From: Kiritimatiellia bacterium
Lineage (GTDB): Bacteria; Verrucomicrobiota; Kiritimatiellia; JAAZAB01
Assembly: GCA_040767085.1 (NCBI GenBank)
Contig: JAXGPF010000014.1
Coordinates: 32,001 to 96,000, forward strand
DNA length: 64,000 bases
Direction of reading: 5' to 3'
Positions 50,866 to 62,251 of the stretch are shown here, piece after piece; position 1 is the first letter of the stretch, and each line of letters opens with the position of its first letter. The position numbers were made by a program, and so were the translations under genes. The notes under the pieces are model-generated. The model searched no databases. It worked only from the letters and a program-made list of their open reading frames with translations, and had not been told where the DNA came from.

Positions 50866-52633
50866 GGTTATCCTGCGCCACATACGCCAGGCTTTGCCAT
50901 AACTTAACATGTTTTTAATCAAAAAGCACGTGTTTTCAGGAAACTCCGGCGCCAAGGGGCAGGGAGCTTCATGTCCGGCGGCGCCAGTTTGCATACCTTT
51001 TCAGAGCACGGCAATTATTTTACACAAATTAGTCAATTTACAACATTGCCAGGACGGCCAGCATGGAATAACCTATTGCAGTATCTGTGCAGTATCTGCA
51101 CCGATCTATGATCTTAATGTTCCGGATATAATTGCGCGACCGTAAAGCCCGCCACAAACGCGGGATTGATCCTCCAGGCGGCGGAGTGCATCCAGTAAAA
51201 CAAGGAAACCCGATATGCATACATTCATGAAAAGCGCTTTTTTCATCGCCGCCAGCCTCAGTTTATCAGCCGCAATTCCGGCGGCCGCTTCAACAAACCT
51301 GATCCGCAACCCCGGGTTTGAAGAAGTTGACCCGGCCGGCCTGCCCGCCGCCTGGGACATCTCCGGACAGGATCAGATCACGGTCGCGATTGACACCAAC
51401 GATCAGCGCTCCGGCCGGCATGCCTTGCGTTTGCATTTCCAGGGATACCCCCAGCATGTCATTGCCCGCCAGAAGATTCCAGGCCCGTTTGCGCCTGATC
51501 GGCCATACGAGTTCGGCTTCGAGGCGCGCGGCAGGGACCTGATTCCGGATGAAGGCAACCCGGGGTGGCACGCCTATGCCACGCTGCGCATGCATGACAC
51601 CGGCGACAAGGTCATCGCCCAGGAAGCCTTCGGGCTGGATCATGGCGACACCGATTGGCGGCGTTACGCGCGCGATTTCAGCGTGCCGCCGGCAACGGAA
51701 TATATTTCCGTGATCATTGGTGATTATCGCAATAACGGTGCGGTCTGGCTGGATGATTTTTGCCTGAGCGCCGGAGAATTGGCCGCGCACCGCGCCGAGC
51801 CGTATGTGGACGCGTCTTTTAAATGCGGCGCCGACCGCATGACCCTGGCGGAAATGCAATCCGCCGGCATCACGGCCTTGACGCATGTGCCGCCGCACCC
51901 GGAAATGTATGCGGCGGCGCGCAAATACGGCATGCGTATTCTGCCGTACGTCTCCGCCATCAAGGTCGCCAAAAGCGACGCAGGCCCCTGGGGGCCATGC
52001 GTGCTCCGGCATCATTTCTGGAGGGAAATAGACGTGGTGCGCCACCCGGAATGGCAGGCCTGGCATCGCGACGGCAGCGGACGGGAGGCGGAATATGCGA
52101 TGAATTATTATCCGTATTTCAAGCTTGGCTGCCATTACCAGGCCGGCTACCGCGCAGCGATCACCCGCGGCGTTTTAAATCTGCTGGAAGACGGCGCGGG
52201 AGGAGTGTTCGTGGATAATGTTTCGGAATACCGGCATAATGCCCTGCCGTGTTCCGGTCCGGCCCTGGGAAAACATCAACATCCGGACGGCGGCCAGGAT
52301 CAATTTGATTATTACCTGGCGACATTAAGCAACATGTATGCCCGGGCCAAGGCGGCGGACCCGGATTTCCTGGTTTTCATCAATGCCGGCATGCTGGATG
52401 TGTATGGCGGCAACGGCGACCTCAGCATGCATGAAAACGTTCTGCAATTGCCCCTTGCGGGATACCGCGGCAATATTCCTCCCGATTATTCCGAGTTGGA
52501 TCACCGCCATTTGAACTGGCGCCGGTTCTGGACCATCCATCAGCAGTTGCAGGAATACCAGGCCCGCTACCAAACAGATGTGTTCACCTCCACCACCGCC
52601 GGCGATGTTTGCTCCGCGCACGAAAATCTTTTT

Positions 52634-54164
52634 GTTTCCTCACCAGAATTTGTGGGTGATTACCGGTTCGGGCAATTGCCCAAGGGTATGATATAGCGCC
52701 ATTTCCGCGCCATGAAAAGTTCTGAAGCCATAAGATCGTTTGGTAACCACTCGAGCTTTATTGTTCAAGCCCTCGGTTGCGCCAGTAAAAACCTCGTTTC
52801 TGGCTCTGATCCAGTTCAAAAGCAGCTCCTCGTGTTTAGCAATGGTTTTAGCCGCCTTAATGATTGGCGCAATGCGGCTACGACAGGCGCGCTTGACCCA
52901 TGCCTGGAGATAATTACGCGCCCAGGTTGGGCTGTGATAGCTCCAAAAATGCTGAAAGCTTTCCTTGAACAAATAGGCGCGGCCGGTTTGCAGTCTTGTG
53001 CCCAATATCCGATCAAGCATTTCGCGAGCTTTGCCGCGCACGCGGTTTGCGGCGCAGCAAGGTCCAGCGCATTTTCTTGAGTTTTTGCTTGGCCGCCGGA
53101 CGCGCTGTCATCGCCGCCATATCCCGGCGCCGGACCTCGTCCACGGCGGCATTCAAGGTTTGCACGACATGGAAGCGGTCAATCATGTGGCAACCGTGGC
53201 TGAGGCTCGCAGCAATGACTTTCAGATAAGGTCGCCACATATCGCTACATATATGTCGAATGCCGGCCAGCACGGGTTTTCCCAAAGATTGCAACCCTTT
53301 ACGCAGCGCGCGGCCCGGCGGGTTTGGCCGACCCAGAGCAATCGGCGGCATTGCGCATCAATCTGATAGATCAAGGTCAGATAGTTCTTGCTCTTTTTAC
53401 CGTTGCCTACGTGGAGTTCATCAACACCAATCGCCGTTATATTGGCCAATTCCCGGTGCGCCAAGCCCCATTCCACCATCCACTCGACCGACCGATAAAC
53501 CGCCTGCCAACTGACTTTGAAAATCAGCGCCGTCTCTTTCCAGGACAACCTCCGCGCCCAGTTCCCCAAAAAAAGCATCAGCGCCTTGCTGTAGGGTCGT
53601 TTGCCATCGCTCCAAGGCAGCGCTTCCACCACCACGCCATGTTCGGGGCAATTTACCCGGCGCGGACTATAATGCAAAAAAGCCGGCACATTCAAAATGG
53701 GCACAAACGCCCATATCCGTTCAGGCAGAGTGTCGTATGTCGCCAGCGGTCGCCCGCAACGCGAGCAGCATGCCGCGCGTTGGCGATGCGGACGAATGCT
53801 TATATCCACTTTCCATTGGCCGCGACGATCCAAAACCATACAAGTTTCCTGATAAATAAAACGTTTCAAAGGTTGCAAACGATTCAAAATTGTTTTAAGT
53901 TTCACCTTGGGCTGGTCCTCCTTTTTTTGTGTTCACCCATTGCATACGCAATGGATTACGGAAAGGCCAGCCTATTTTTTTGCCGCCGCTTTATCTCCGT
54001 TCCGCCATCGCGCCAATCAGGAGTTATTAATCAGGCTGCTGCGGGGCCGCCAAACGCCCAAAGCGGCAGGCTGTTAATAACTCCACCATCTTTGGGCGCC
54101 ATTGCTTGGAGAACTTCTTAAACTTTAAAACCTGTTTTTTACCCACAAATTCTGGTTAGGAGCC
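52634..54164 (-). mobile_element. ISL3 family insertion sequence, copy 2 (1531 bp)
   Basis: Near-identical reverse complement of copy 1; 8-bp TSD ATCTTTTT at 52626-52633 and 54165-54172. Confidence 0.95.
52640..53905 (-). pseudogene. ISL3 transposase, frameshifted
   Basis: Split into three ORF pieces by a -1 indel near 53310 and a -2 indel near 53045 relative to copy 1. Confidence 0.85.
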
Positions 54165-56897
54165 ATCTTTTTTATTCTTTTGTCTTTGCGCGGATGATCG
54201 GCTACAACCAGTGGGGAGCAGGCATTAAAGGGCCGTATCCCCACGGGCGCCGGTGGGGGCGCTTGCCCGGCATGTCCGCGTTGCGCGCCCTGTATCGCCA
54301 ATGGCGGGGCATCGGCGCGCCCCTGGCGCCGCCGGTAATCACCGCCAACCATGGCAGCCAGGCTTTCGAAAAGGCCTGCCTGGTCATTAATCCCACGCTG
54401 GAGGAACAGGAGATAACTTTTTCGGTGCGGCACCTGGAACTGCCGGCGGTGGATTTGTTTTCCGGCCGCCCGCTGGACGCGGCCGGGGATGGCGCGGTTT
54501 CCATGCGCCTGCCGTTTTATGCCGGGCGGATCATTGTGTCCCGCGCGGACGCGCTGCGGAACGAACTCGCGGAATTGCGCGGGCAATTGGAAGCGGTTTA
54601 TCAATATCTGCGCGACAACTCAAGCTTGTCCAATCCGCAATTCAAGCAAGGGCCTGCTTTTGAAATCCTGGCGGATTTACGCCGGGCCATCGGAGCGTTG
54701 CCGGCCGAGCCCCTGGAGATCAAGGCGGAGGATTTTAACCGTTTGACCATGCGCCTGGCGGAATTGTCGCCGGCCGATTTTCTGGACGAGCCCGGGGCGC
54801 AGCTATGCGCCGCCGGGGACAGCCTGGATGGCGATGCCGTCCGCAAATTGCTGGCCGCGCCGGACAGCCGGTTGTCCCCGCCGGAAATATGGGAAAGCGG
54901 CGAGGCGCGATATGCCATTTTGCGTTCGGCCGGCGCGGCCTACAGTTTTGAGCCGCATTTGAATTACGGCGCGGATGCCTTCCATAACTATGGTTCGGCG
55001 CCCGTCGGGCATGTCTGCTGTTCCGCCGAACGCCCGACGGAATGGCTGGTGTATCCGCAGGTATCCGCTCTGCGGTTTCAAGCGAGCATTTCCGCGCCGG
55101 ACAATAAAACCATCAGCATGACGCAAGGCCGCTTAAAAAGCATCGAAAAACTTGCCGGTTCCGCCCGGGAACAAAACGTGTTGCTGCGGTATGCCCTGGA
55201 ACCACCCGCCGCCGGTCCGGTTGAGGAGGAGCATCCGGATTTGACCGTCATGGCCGCGCTGCATCAAGGCTCCCCGGTGTTATCGCTGGAAATCGGCCTG
55301 GAAAACACAAGCGGGCCCGTCCCCGGCGCCTGGATTGAGGTCGCGCACATGACGGGGGTAACTGCGCCGGGCAGCGCGCGGCGCGCGGTGTTCGGCAGAG
55401 GGGCGGATGGCGCAACCAATTGGTTTTACCTGCCGGAACCGGAAAACAACCGCGCCGGGGAATTGGTCATCGGCCGGCCGGACTTGCGTTTTTTGCGCGG
55501 CCGCCTGGCCGGCCAGCCTGGCGCAAAGTTGAAATTCGACGTGGTGCGTCTGCATGCCCATGATCATTATTTTCTCGATGGACGTTTGCGATTCGCGCGG
55601 CTGGCCGCCGGACGCGCGGCGCAATTGTTGAACAATATCTACCTGGAGGCGCGGCCGAGTCCGTCAAACAAGGCGTTTATCGGGGAAAACGTGGAACTGA
55701 AACTGACGGCGGCCGATGCCGCGGGCGCAAATCATGCCGGCGCGGAGTTTGCGCTGCAGGCGGATTTGACCGTGGTCAGCCGCCCGGGCATGGTGCAACC
55801 GGTGGCGGCGGAACAAGCGACGCCCGGCGTTTTTAAGCTCGTGGAGTTGGCCGCAACGGAGGGCGATGTGCTCATGTTGAACGGATCGGCGGTCATCCCA
55901 ACCCCGGCGGCTGGAACTTTTCATGCCGAAAAGGCATGGCTTTTACGCATGCATAATCCGGTTATAAGCCGGTTAACCCGTCTGCCGCCGGCCGCGCCGG
56001 GCCAATGCCGTTACGAATTGCGGGTTATCAACAACAGCGCCAGCCGTGACTTCCAGGGGCTGGCCCGTTTGACGCCGCATAACCAGGCCTGGCCGGTGGC
56101 GCCCGCCCAACATGAACTGCACATTGCGCCCGCGGGCGAATTCATCGGGGAATTCAGCATTACCGGCGGATCCAACGCCATCAACACCCTGGCCAGCGGC
56201 CAACTGGAACTGCAGCGGGACGCAAAAGTGCTGGAGAATCAGCGTTGCGGCATACACTTCTCGCCCACGGCGCGCGTGCCCTTTCTGCGGCAACCGCCCA
56301 AGCTGGACGGCAAGCTGCAGGATGCCGAATGGGCAGCGGCGGTTTTGTTGCCGGGCTTCCGGCGCGCGCGCACGGGCGCGCCGGACCCGGATACGCAGGT
56401 CCGGCTGGGTTATGACCAAAAGCATTTATATCTTGCCTTCCATTGCGGTAATTTTAATAATGGCGGGAATAAGCAGGAAGTTGAACCGGCGGCGCAAAAT
56501 GTTTATGACGACGCCGCCTTGCGGGACGACAGCGTGGAAATATATCTGCGGCCGGATTTCCGGAATCCCGCGGCCGCGCCGGAGCGGCTGGGCATCAATT
56601 ATCAGGGCAATTATAAAACGGAAAGCATCGCGGAATTTTCCGCCGCGGCCGGCGGCGGCCCGGGATATTGGACGCTGGAAGTCGCCATTCCTTTCGAGTC
56701 CCTGGGGCGGAACGCCCCGGCTTCCGGCGATGTCTGGAGCGGCAATTTCTGCCGCACCTATCATGCGGCGGCCGCGCCGGAGCGTTATGGCGCGGCCTGG
56801 TCTTTTTTGAGCGGCGGATACAACCAGCCGGAACAGTTCGGCTGGCTGCATTTTGAGTGAGGCGGCGGGGGCGGGAATTCAACCAGCGAGGTATGAC

Positions 56898-58331
56898 ATG
56901 TTAAAATATCGGAAATTAAAAGTTTGGCTGGCGGTTTTAGGCGCCGGCGCGCTGGCCGGCGCCCCGGCGGTGTTGGCGCAGACCACCTGGTATGTGGCGA
57001 CCAATGGCGCCGGCGGGGGAACGGGGGGCTGGCCGGAGGCCACCAACAGCCTGCCGGGCGCGATCCGCGCGGCGGCGGGCGGCGATACGGTGCTGGTCAG
57101 CAACGGGATTTACATTTCCACCGGCGCCATGGGCAATCGCGCCATGCTGAATATCACCAACGGGATTGCCGTGCGCAGCCTGGACGGCCGTGAGGAAACA
57201 GTCCTGGACGGCAATGCGCCGACAAGGGAAAACACGGTGGTTTATCTGGGCCATCCCGAAGCGGTGCTGGAAGGATTCACCATCACGCGCGGCCTGGCCG
57301 TCGGCGGCAGCCAGGCCTATCGTTATGGCGGCGGCGTGCTCATCACCAATGGCGGCGCGGTGCGGGATTGCCTGATCACCGGCAATGCCGCGGGAAGAAC
57401 CAACTCCAGTAGCGGCCGCGGCGGCGGAGTATATGTTTGCGCCGCTTCCGCGGCGTCTATCAGCAATTGCGTCATTTCGAACAATGTCACGGATACCGAC
57501 ACCCTGGGCGGCAGCACCGGCGGAACCGGCGGCGGCGTTTATATCGATGGGAGCGATGATGGAGAGCATGCGGTGGAGATTGTAAACAGCCGGATTGTCC
57601 ATAATCTGTGCGGCGGAACGCAAGGCGGCGGATTATATGCCGCCCGGGGCGTTTTCACCGGCTGCTTGATCGCGTGGAACCAGGCGCCCAGCACCAATGC
57701 TAACAACGGTTTAGGCGGCGGGATGACCTTATCAAAAACCGCTGAAGCGCGCAATTGCGTGATAGCAAGCAATTATGCCTATAAAGTATCCGGTGTACGC
57801 ATGTATTATGGCGGATTGCTGCGCAATTGTTTGATTGAAGGCAATCGCAGCGATGTTGAACCGGCGATTTACTTTTCCCAGGACGGCATGATGCAAAATT
57901 GCACGGTAGTGAATAATGTCAACAGCAATGGCTTGACGGGCGGCATCCAGATAACTCTAGCCGAAGGGTTGGTCAGCCTGGAAAACAATATCGTCTGGAT
58001 GAATGACGCCCCCAATGGAACTTACAGTAATTACTACCGGGGTTCCGGAACCATGGCGATATCCAATAACTGCGTGGGCTCCACCTCCGCGGATTTTCAC
58101 CTCGATGATCCCGCGTATGGCAATATCAATACGCCGCCATTGTTTATGGATGAGGCAGGCGACTACCGGCTGCAAGCGCCATCGCCCTGCATCAATGCCG
58201 GCCAAACCCATCCCTGGATGCGGGGCGCGGTGGACCTGGCCGGCCACCGCCGGCTGGATTGGGTGACCGGCGTGGTGGATATGGGGGGTTATGAATACGC
58301 GCCGCCGGGCACCCTGATCCAATTGCGTTGA
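56898..58331 (+). CDS. Secreted parallel beta-helix protein with choice-of-anchor-Q-like C-terminus
   Basis: Signal peptide; YVATN...GDTVLVSNGIY; GGG/NC repeats; DYRL..SPCINAG...VDMGGYEY; ends PGTLIQLR. Confidence 0.82.
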   Translation: MLKYRKLKVWLAVLGAGALAGAPAVLAQTTWYVATNGAGGGTGGWPEATNSLPGAIRAAAGGDTVLVSNGIYISTGAMGNRAMLNITNGIAVRSLDGREETVLDGNAPTRENTVVYLGHPEAVLEGFTITRGLAVGGSQAYRYGGGVLITNGGAVRDCLITGNAAGRTNSSSGRGGGVYVCAASAASISNCVISNNVTDTDTLGGSTGGTGGGVYIDGSDDGEHAVEIVNSRIVHNLCGGTQGGGLYAARGVFTGCLIAWNQAPSTNANNGLGGGMTLSKTAEARNCVIASNYAYKVSGVRMYYGGLLRNCLIEGNRSDVEPAIYFSQDGMMQNCTVVNNVNSNGLTGGIQITLAEGLVSLENNIVWMNDAPNGTYSNYYRGSGTMAISNNCVGSTSADFHLDDPAYGNINTPPLFMDEAGDYRLQAPSPCINAGQTHPWMRGAVDLAGHRRLDWVTGVVDMGGYEYAPPGTLIQLR

Positions 58332-58558
58332 TGCCGGTGTCACCGCTAGTTTGCAAATAGCCGCGGGCTTCGTCCTGAAGGTGAAGCGCGGAACAGCAGA
58401 TACCACATCGCGGAATGTCGCGGGCAATGCCTGTTGATGGTGAACGGTTTGATTTAAAGCAATTTTTCTCTTATGCATCTGATCCATCCTGTTGTTTCTG
58501 TCTTGAATTAACAACGGCGTCGTATGGAGATAACAAGCAACAATACCGGAAATGTTTC

Positions 58559-61500
58559 ATGAGTTACGAGTTTTATGATGATTTTGCCGTTTATTCGGAA
58601 GGCGAACACCCGATTAGTTGGTTGGTTGAAGAGCATACAGCGCATTCGCATCGGCATGGTTGTGTGCATAATGGCGCATATGCATTGCTTTTACGCGACA
58701 ACAAACACATGCCTTGCATGCCGCCGCTGTGCGATTTTATTCTAACATGCAATTGTCACGGAGATCCTGGCGTGACGGAAGCCGCGGTTTACGTGTTCTT
58801 CCGCTATGATCCGGAGATATTGACCGGTTATTTTCTCAAGTATCTTTGGAACCGGCAGAGTGCAGTGACAGAGTTTGGTTTGATTCATAACAATATCCCG
58901 CTGCTCATCGACAAATATGAGAAAGATTTAGTCTTTACGGCGGATCCCGCCGGTGCGGATAATCGGCTGCGCCTGGAAGTAAGAGGAAACTTATTTGCGT
59001 TTTATCACAATGATGTTAATGCCGGAGTTTTTAAAGATACGCAACGCGCGCTTAACGGCGCCGGGAAAATTGCTTTTGACCGGCCACATGCGCGTGCGCC
59101 TGATCGAGGAATGATTTGGCTGAAAAATGTGCGTATTTCCTCTGACGATGCGATTGGCCGCCGGCCCGTCTGGCAGCCGATATCGATCCTTTTCCCTTCG
59201 AGTTACAACGGCATGGTTTCGCCTTATAATTTTCACTTGCAATCGTCGGCTTTACCAGGTTGTTTCGAGTTGAAGGCGCGTTTGACAGGTGGACCGGCAG
59301 AACGTCACGACACATCTTTTGATGATTATAAAAAAGCGCGTCATTGGATGAACGAGCTGATGACCGGGCCCTATCTGCGGATTGAAAACGGCTCCGGTCG
59401 ATCCCTTGGTAAGTTTTACCTGTGCCGCGGGACGGTTGGCCTGAATGCCAATTGGGATCGTCAGGCCACAGCTTTGCCCCCGGCGCAGCATGAGTGTCCG
59501 ATCGAAAGGACTTTTATGCTCCCGGCATTGCCGGCGGACGCTAATCTGATTTTCGGATACGACTGTTATGAGGCCGAAGAACGGCAAATTTTAAAAGGGG
59601 GTCCGACAGAAATAATTATAGATCCGAAAACTGGTGCCGTTTTACATGGCGGGCCAGCTCTCGAAAACCGCAAATATTACATTGAAATCCGATCGGGCGG
59701 CCAAAAACAAATCTGCGCGCTTATTCCCGGTGATGAACCGCGTTACGCGGAGGCCCTGGCATTTGCCGAAAATAATCATTATTTTTATACATCAGAACCG
59801 GTTGTTTTTCAAATCTCGGCTTATTGCAGGAACCACGGGGATAATCCGGCAATAATCAAGAAGATTAAAATATCGGCGCGTTTACTGGATGTGTTTGCCA
59901 GGCCGGTAGGAAGTTGGCGCCATTTGCCCATAGATGGAGAAAATAACGCAAACGCGGATATTTTGTTGCGCATGGGTTTTAATACATTTACAGCCAGGTT
60001 GGACTGGGGCAACCGTCCTGTAGGAGTTTATCATGCGGAACTGCGTTTGCAATTGGCTGATTCAACAATTGCTTCGCTTGTGCGCGCGTTTGAAGTGATG
60101 CCGGTTGATCAAGAAGCTATCCCGGCGCCGTTGGCTTCCGGTTTGCCTGAATTATTGTGCGCGGAATTCTTTGAGTGTCAATCGCCGGCGGCCGGATTCG
60201 ACCCATGGGTTGGTCGTGATGTTGATGAATATCATTATGTCTCGCATAATGTGTTTGACGGCGCGTTTGCCAGGCGGAACAAAACGCGGCGTGTATTGCG
60301 CTTGTATCGAAGACGCTGCATGTTGTGGCTGTTCCCGTGGATGCCGGAAGGCGTCAATCCTGAGTTGTATAAAGATTTTCTTGCGGAAGCAGATTTAATT
60401 TATTCAGCCGGGATTATGCTCCGGTTTGATTTATGGCGGCGGAGCACTTACGCGTGCCGTAAAGGCGGGTGGAGTTTGTCGTGCGATCCGCGTTTTTTTG
60501 AATGTTTTTTGGAATTTTTGCGCAGTCCTGTATTTTTAAAATCGAATCATTCCGTATTGTCGGCTGAAATCGTGGAATCGCGGGGCAGTATAACGGAAGA
60601 AGAATTCTCAATTCTGGTTGATCAACATTGGAAAATATGGCTGGAATATTTTAATCGTTGGTATTCTAATGTTTATGCGCCGGTTGAATGCCAGCGCATG
60701 AAGGCTCTGGCGCCAAAATCGCAATGGGGATGGTTTGGGCCGTATCCGCCATATGGGTCCATATACAAATCCGCATATTTCGCGCGTTATATGGGCCGTG
60801 ATCTTACCCTAAACTGGCATAAGGCATTGCAGGGCCCGCTGCGATTTGAAAGTTATCCGTATATTTGCGATTATCCTGTTCAACGCGATGTCTTTATGCT
60901 TGCTTCCATGAAAATGGAGGCGCCGGAAATGCGGTTGTATCCCGAAATATACGGGCTGGTGGCCTGTCCGACCGACGGCCATGTAATGAAAGGCAGCCCG
61001 CCTTACGGCCGTATCCGGACGCCAGGCGCTTCCTTGACGAAACGTTTTTATGAATATGCCTATGCCGCCGTGTGGCATGACGGCTCAGAATTTCGATATT
61101 GGCAGGATAACGGATTTCAACCGACGCATTGGGCGCGCGATCATTTTGCCGCCTTGCTTGCTGCCTGGCCGACCATTCGCGAGGTACGGCCCCTAAAGCC
61201 GGCGCGCACAACAGCTTTTGTTTACAGCCGTGCCGCTTGCATCCGACACCCAGATTTCCATGATCGCCGCAACCCGACTTATAATGGTCGTTCCGCTATG
61301 CCCGATGACGTTTTTAATACGGCGGAAGAGGCAATTGCGTTTGCCTATGAAAAAGCTCGGTTGGACGGACAATCCGCCGGATTTGTCACGGAATTGAGGC
61401 ATTTAGCTACGCTTGACCCGGAAGATGTGGATACGCTGGTATTGCCTCCATTGAGCGGCTTGCCGGTAGAAAGTATAGGTATGATCCGCCGTTGCCATGA

Positions 61501-62185
61501 GAATGGCATGAATTTGCTGGCATTCGAGGAGGTCAACGGCCTGGAAGATGTGTTTGGCGTGGTATCAACAGATTCCGTGGCGGTCAACGAAATATTTGTT
61601 GCGCCGGAGTATAGCTCGGATAAACGGTGGCATGAATTAGCCGGATATCGAGAACATGCGGCGCATTCCCTTTGCCGGGCGCATTATCAATCAAACGGGT
61701 GCCGGATTATATTAAACGGCATATCTTCATGTGGAAATACTATTCCTGTTTTGACGTTCAATCAGACCCCGTTTGGTTCAACCGCCTTGTTTACAATTCC
61801 GCCGACCGTAGTCCGCCGCGAAGATGGCGCTGGAGTGTATACTTATGGCAGCGCCAGTATAAGCCAGCTGATTAATCGCGCCCTGGCTTTAATATTGCGC
61901 CAACTGGGTTCGCCGATAGTCGAAACCACATCCGGCATATTAATCGCATTTTGGGATACGCAAAAAGCATTGCGTATTATTGTGGAGGAGGCCGGCGCTC
62001 CGGAATCCATTGCTCCGCATGAAGCGTTTGTGACAATACGAATTCCAAAGCACACAATCGATAATATAGAATCTGCGCATCAATATGACCTTATAAAACA
62101 AGACGGCGGGGAAGCATGTTTACGCTTGGAGCTTGGCCGCAATGAATGCGCGCTGATAACTATACATATGCATGATAACAAATAA
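58559..62185 (+). CDS. Large hypothetical protein (about 1200 aa), possibly carbohydrate-active
   Basis: Long uninterrupted ORF in a lower-GC block; N-terminal beta-sandwich-like region; DTLVLPP suggests a GATase-like trimerisation domain; no clear signal peptide. Confidence 0.55.
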   Translation: MSYEFYDDFAVYSEGEHPISWLVEEHTAHSHRHGCVHNGAYALLLRDNKHMPCMPPLCDFILTCNCHGDPGVTEAAVYVFFRYDPEILTGYFLKYLWNRQSAVTEFGLIHNNIPLLIDKYEKDLVFTADPAGADNRLRLEVRGNLFAFYHNDVNAGVFKDTQRALNGAGKIAFDRPHARAPDRGMIWLKNVRISSDDAIGRRPVWQPISILFPSSYNGMVSPYNFHLQSSALPGCFELKARLTGGPAERHDTSFDDYKKARHWMNELMTGPYLRIENGSGRSLGKFYLCRGTVGLNANWDRQATALPPAQHECPIERTFMLPALPADANLIFGYDCYEAEERQILKGGPTEIIIDPKTGAVLHGGPALENRKYYIEIRSGGQKQICALIPGDEPRYAEALAFAENNHYFYTSEPVVFQISAYCRNHGDNPAIIKKIKISARLLDVFARPVGSWRHLPIDGENNANADILLRMGFNTFTARLDWGNRPVGVYHAELRLQLADSTIASLVRAFEVMPVDQEAIPAPLASGLPELLCAEFFECQSPAAGFDPWVGRDVDEYHYVSHNVFDGAFARRNKTRRVLRLYRRRCMLWLFPWMPEGVNPELYKDFLAEADLIYSAGIMLRFDLWRRSTYACRKGGWSLSCDPRFFECFLEFLRSPVFLKSNHSVLSAEIVESRGSITEEEFSILVDQHWKIWLEYFNRWYSNVYAPVECQRMKALAPKSQWGWFGPYPPYGSIYKSAYFARYMGRDLTLNWHKALQGPLRFESYPYICDYPVQRDVFMLASMKMEAPEMRLYPEIYGLVACPTDGHVMKGSPPYGRIRTPGASLTKRFYEYAYAAVWHDGSEFRYWQDNGFQPTHWARDHFAALLAAWPTIREVRPLKPARTTAFVYSRAACIRHPDFHDRRNPTYNGRSAMPDDVFNTAEEAIAFAYEKARLDGQSAGFVTELRHLATLDPEDVDTLVLPPLSGLPVESIGMIRRCHENGMNLLAFEEVNGLEDVFGVVSTDSVAVNEIFVAPEYSSDKRWHELAGYREHAAHSLCRAHYQSNGCRIILNGISSCGNTIPVLTFNQTPFGSTALFTIPPTVVRREDGAGVYTYGSASISQLINRALALILRQLGSPIVETTSGILIAFWDTQKALRIIVEEAGAPESIAPHEAFVTIRIPKHTIDNIESAHQYDLIKQDGGEACLRLELGRNECALITIHMHDNK

Positions 62186-62251
62186 GAATTCCGGAATAAA
62201 TATTTTGCCCAATTGCGGATTATCAGGATCACGGGCACATGATGGCATAAG

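Larger units (their letters stand above)
51215..56860 (+). pseudogene. Large secreted carbohydrate-active protein (CBM4/9-like, putative GH barrel, C-terminal CBM9-like), interrupted by ISL3
   Basis: Signal peptide, NLIRNPGFE; GVFVDN; LDGKLQDAEW...WTLEVAIPF...FGWLHFE. Removing IS plus one TSD joins 51215-52633 to 54173-56860 in frame (HENLF-YSFVFARMIG), giving 1368 aa. Confidence 0.85.

Noticed and set aside
15948-54164. Composite transposon formed by the two ISL3 copies
   Set aside because: Each copy has its own distinct TSD and the interval holds core housekeeping genes.
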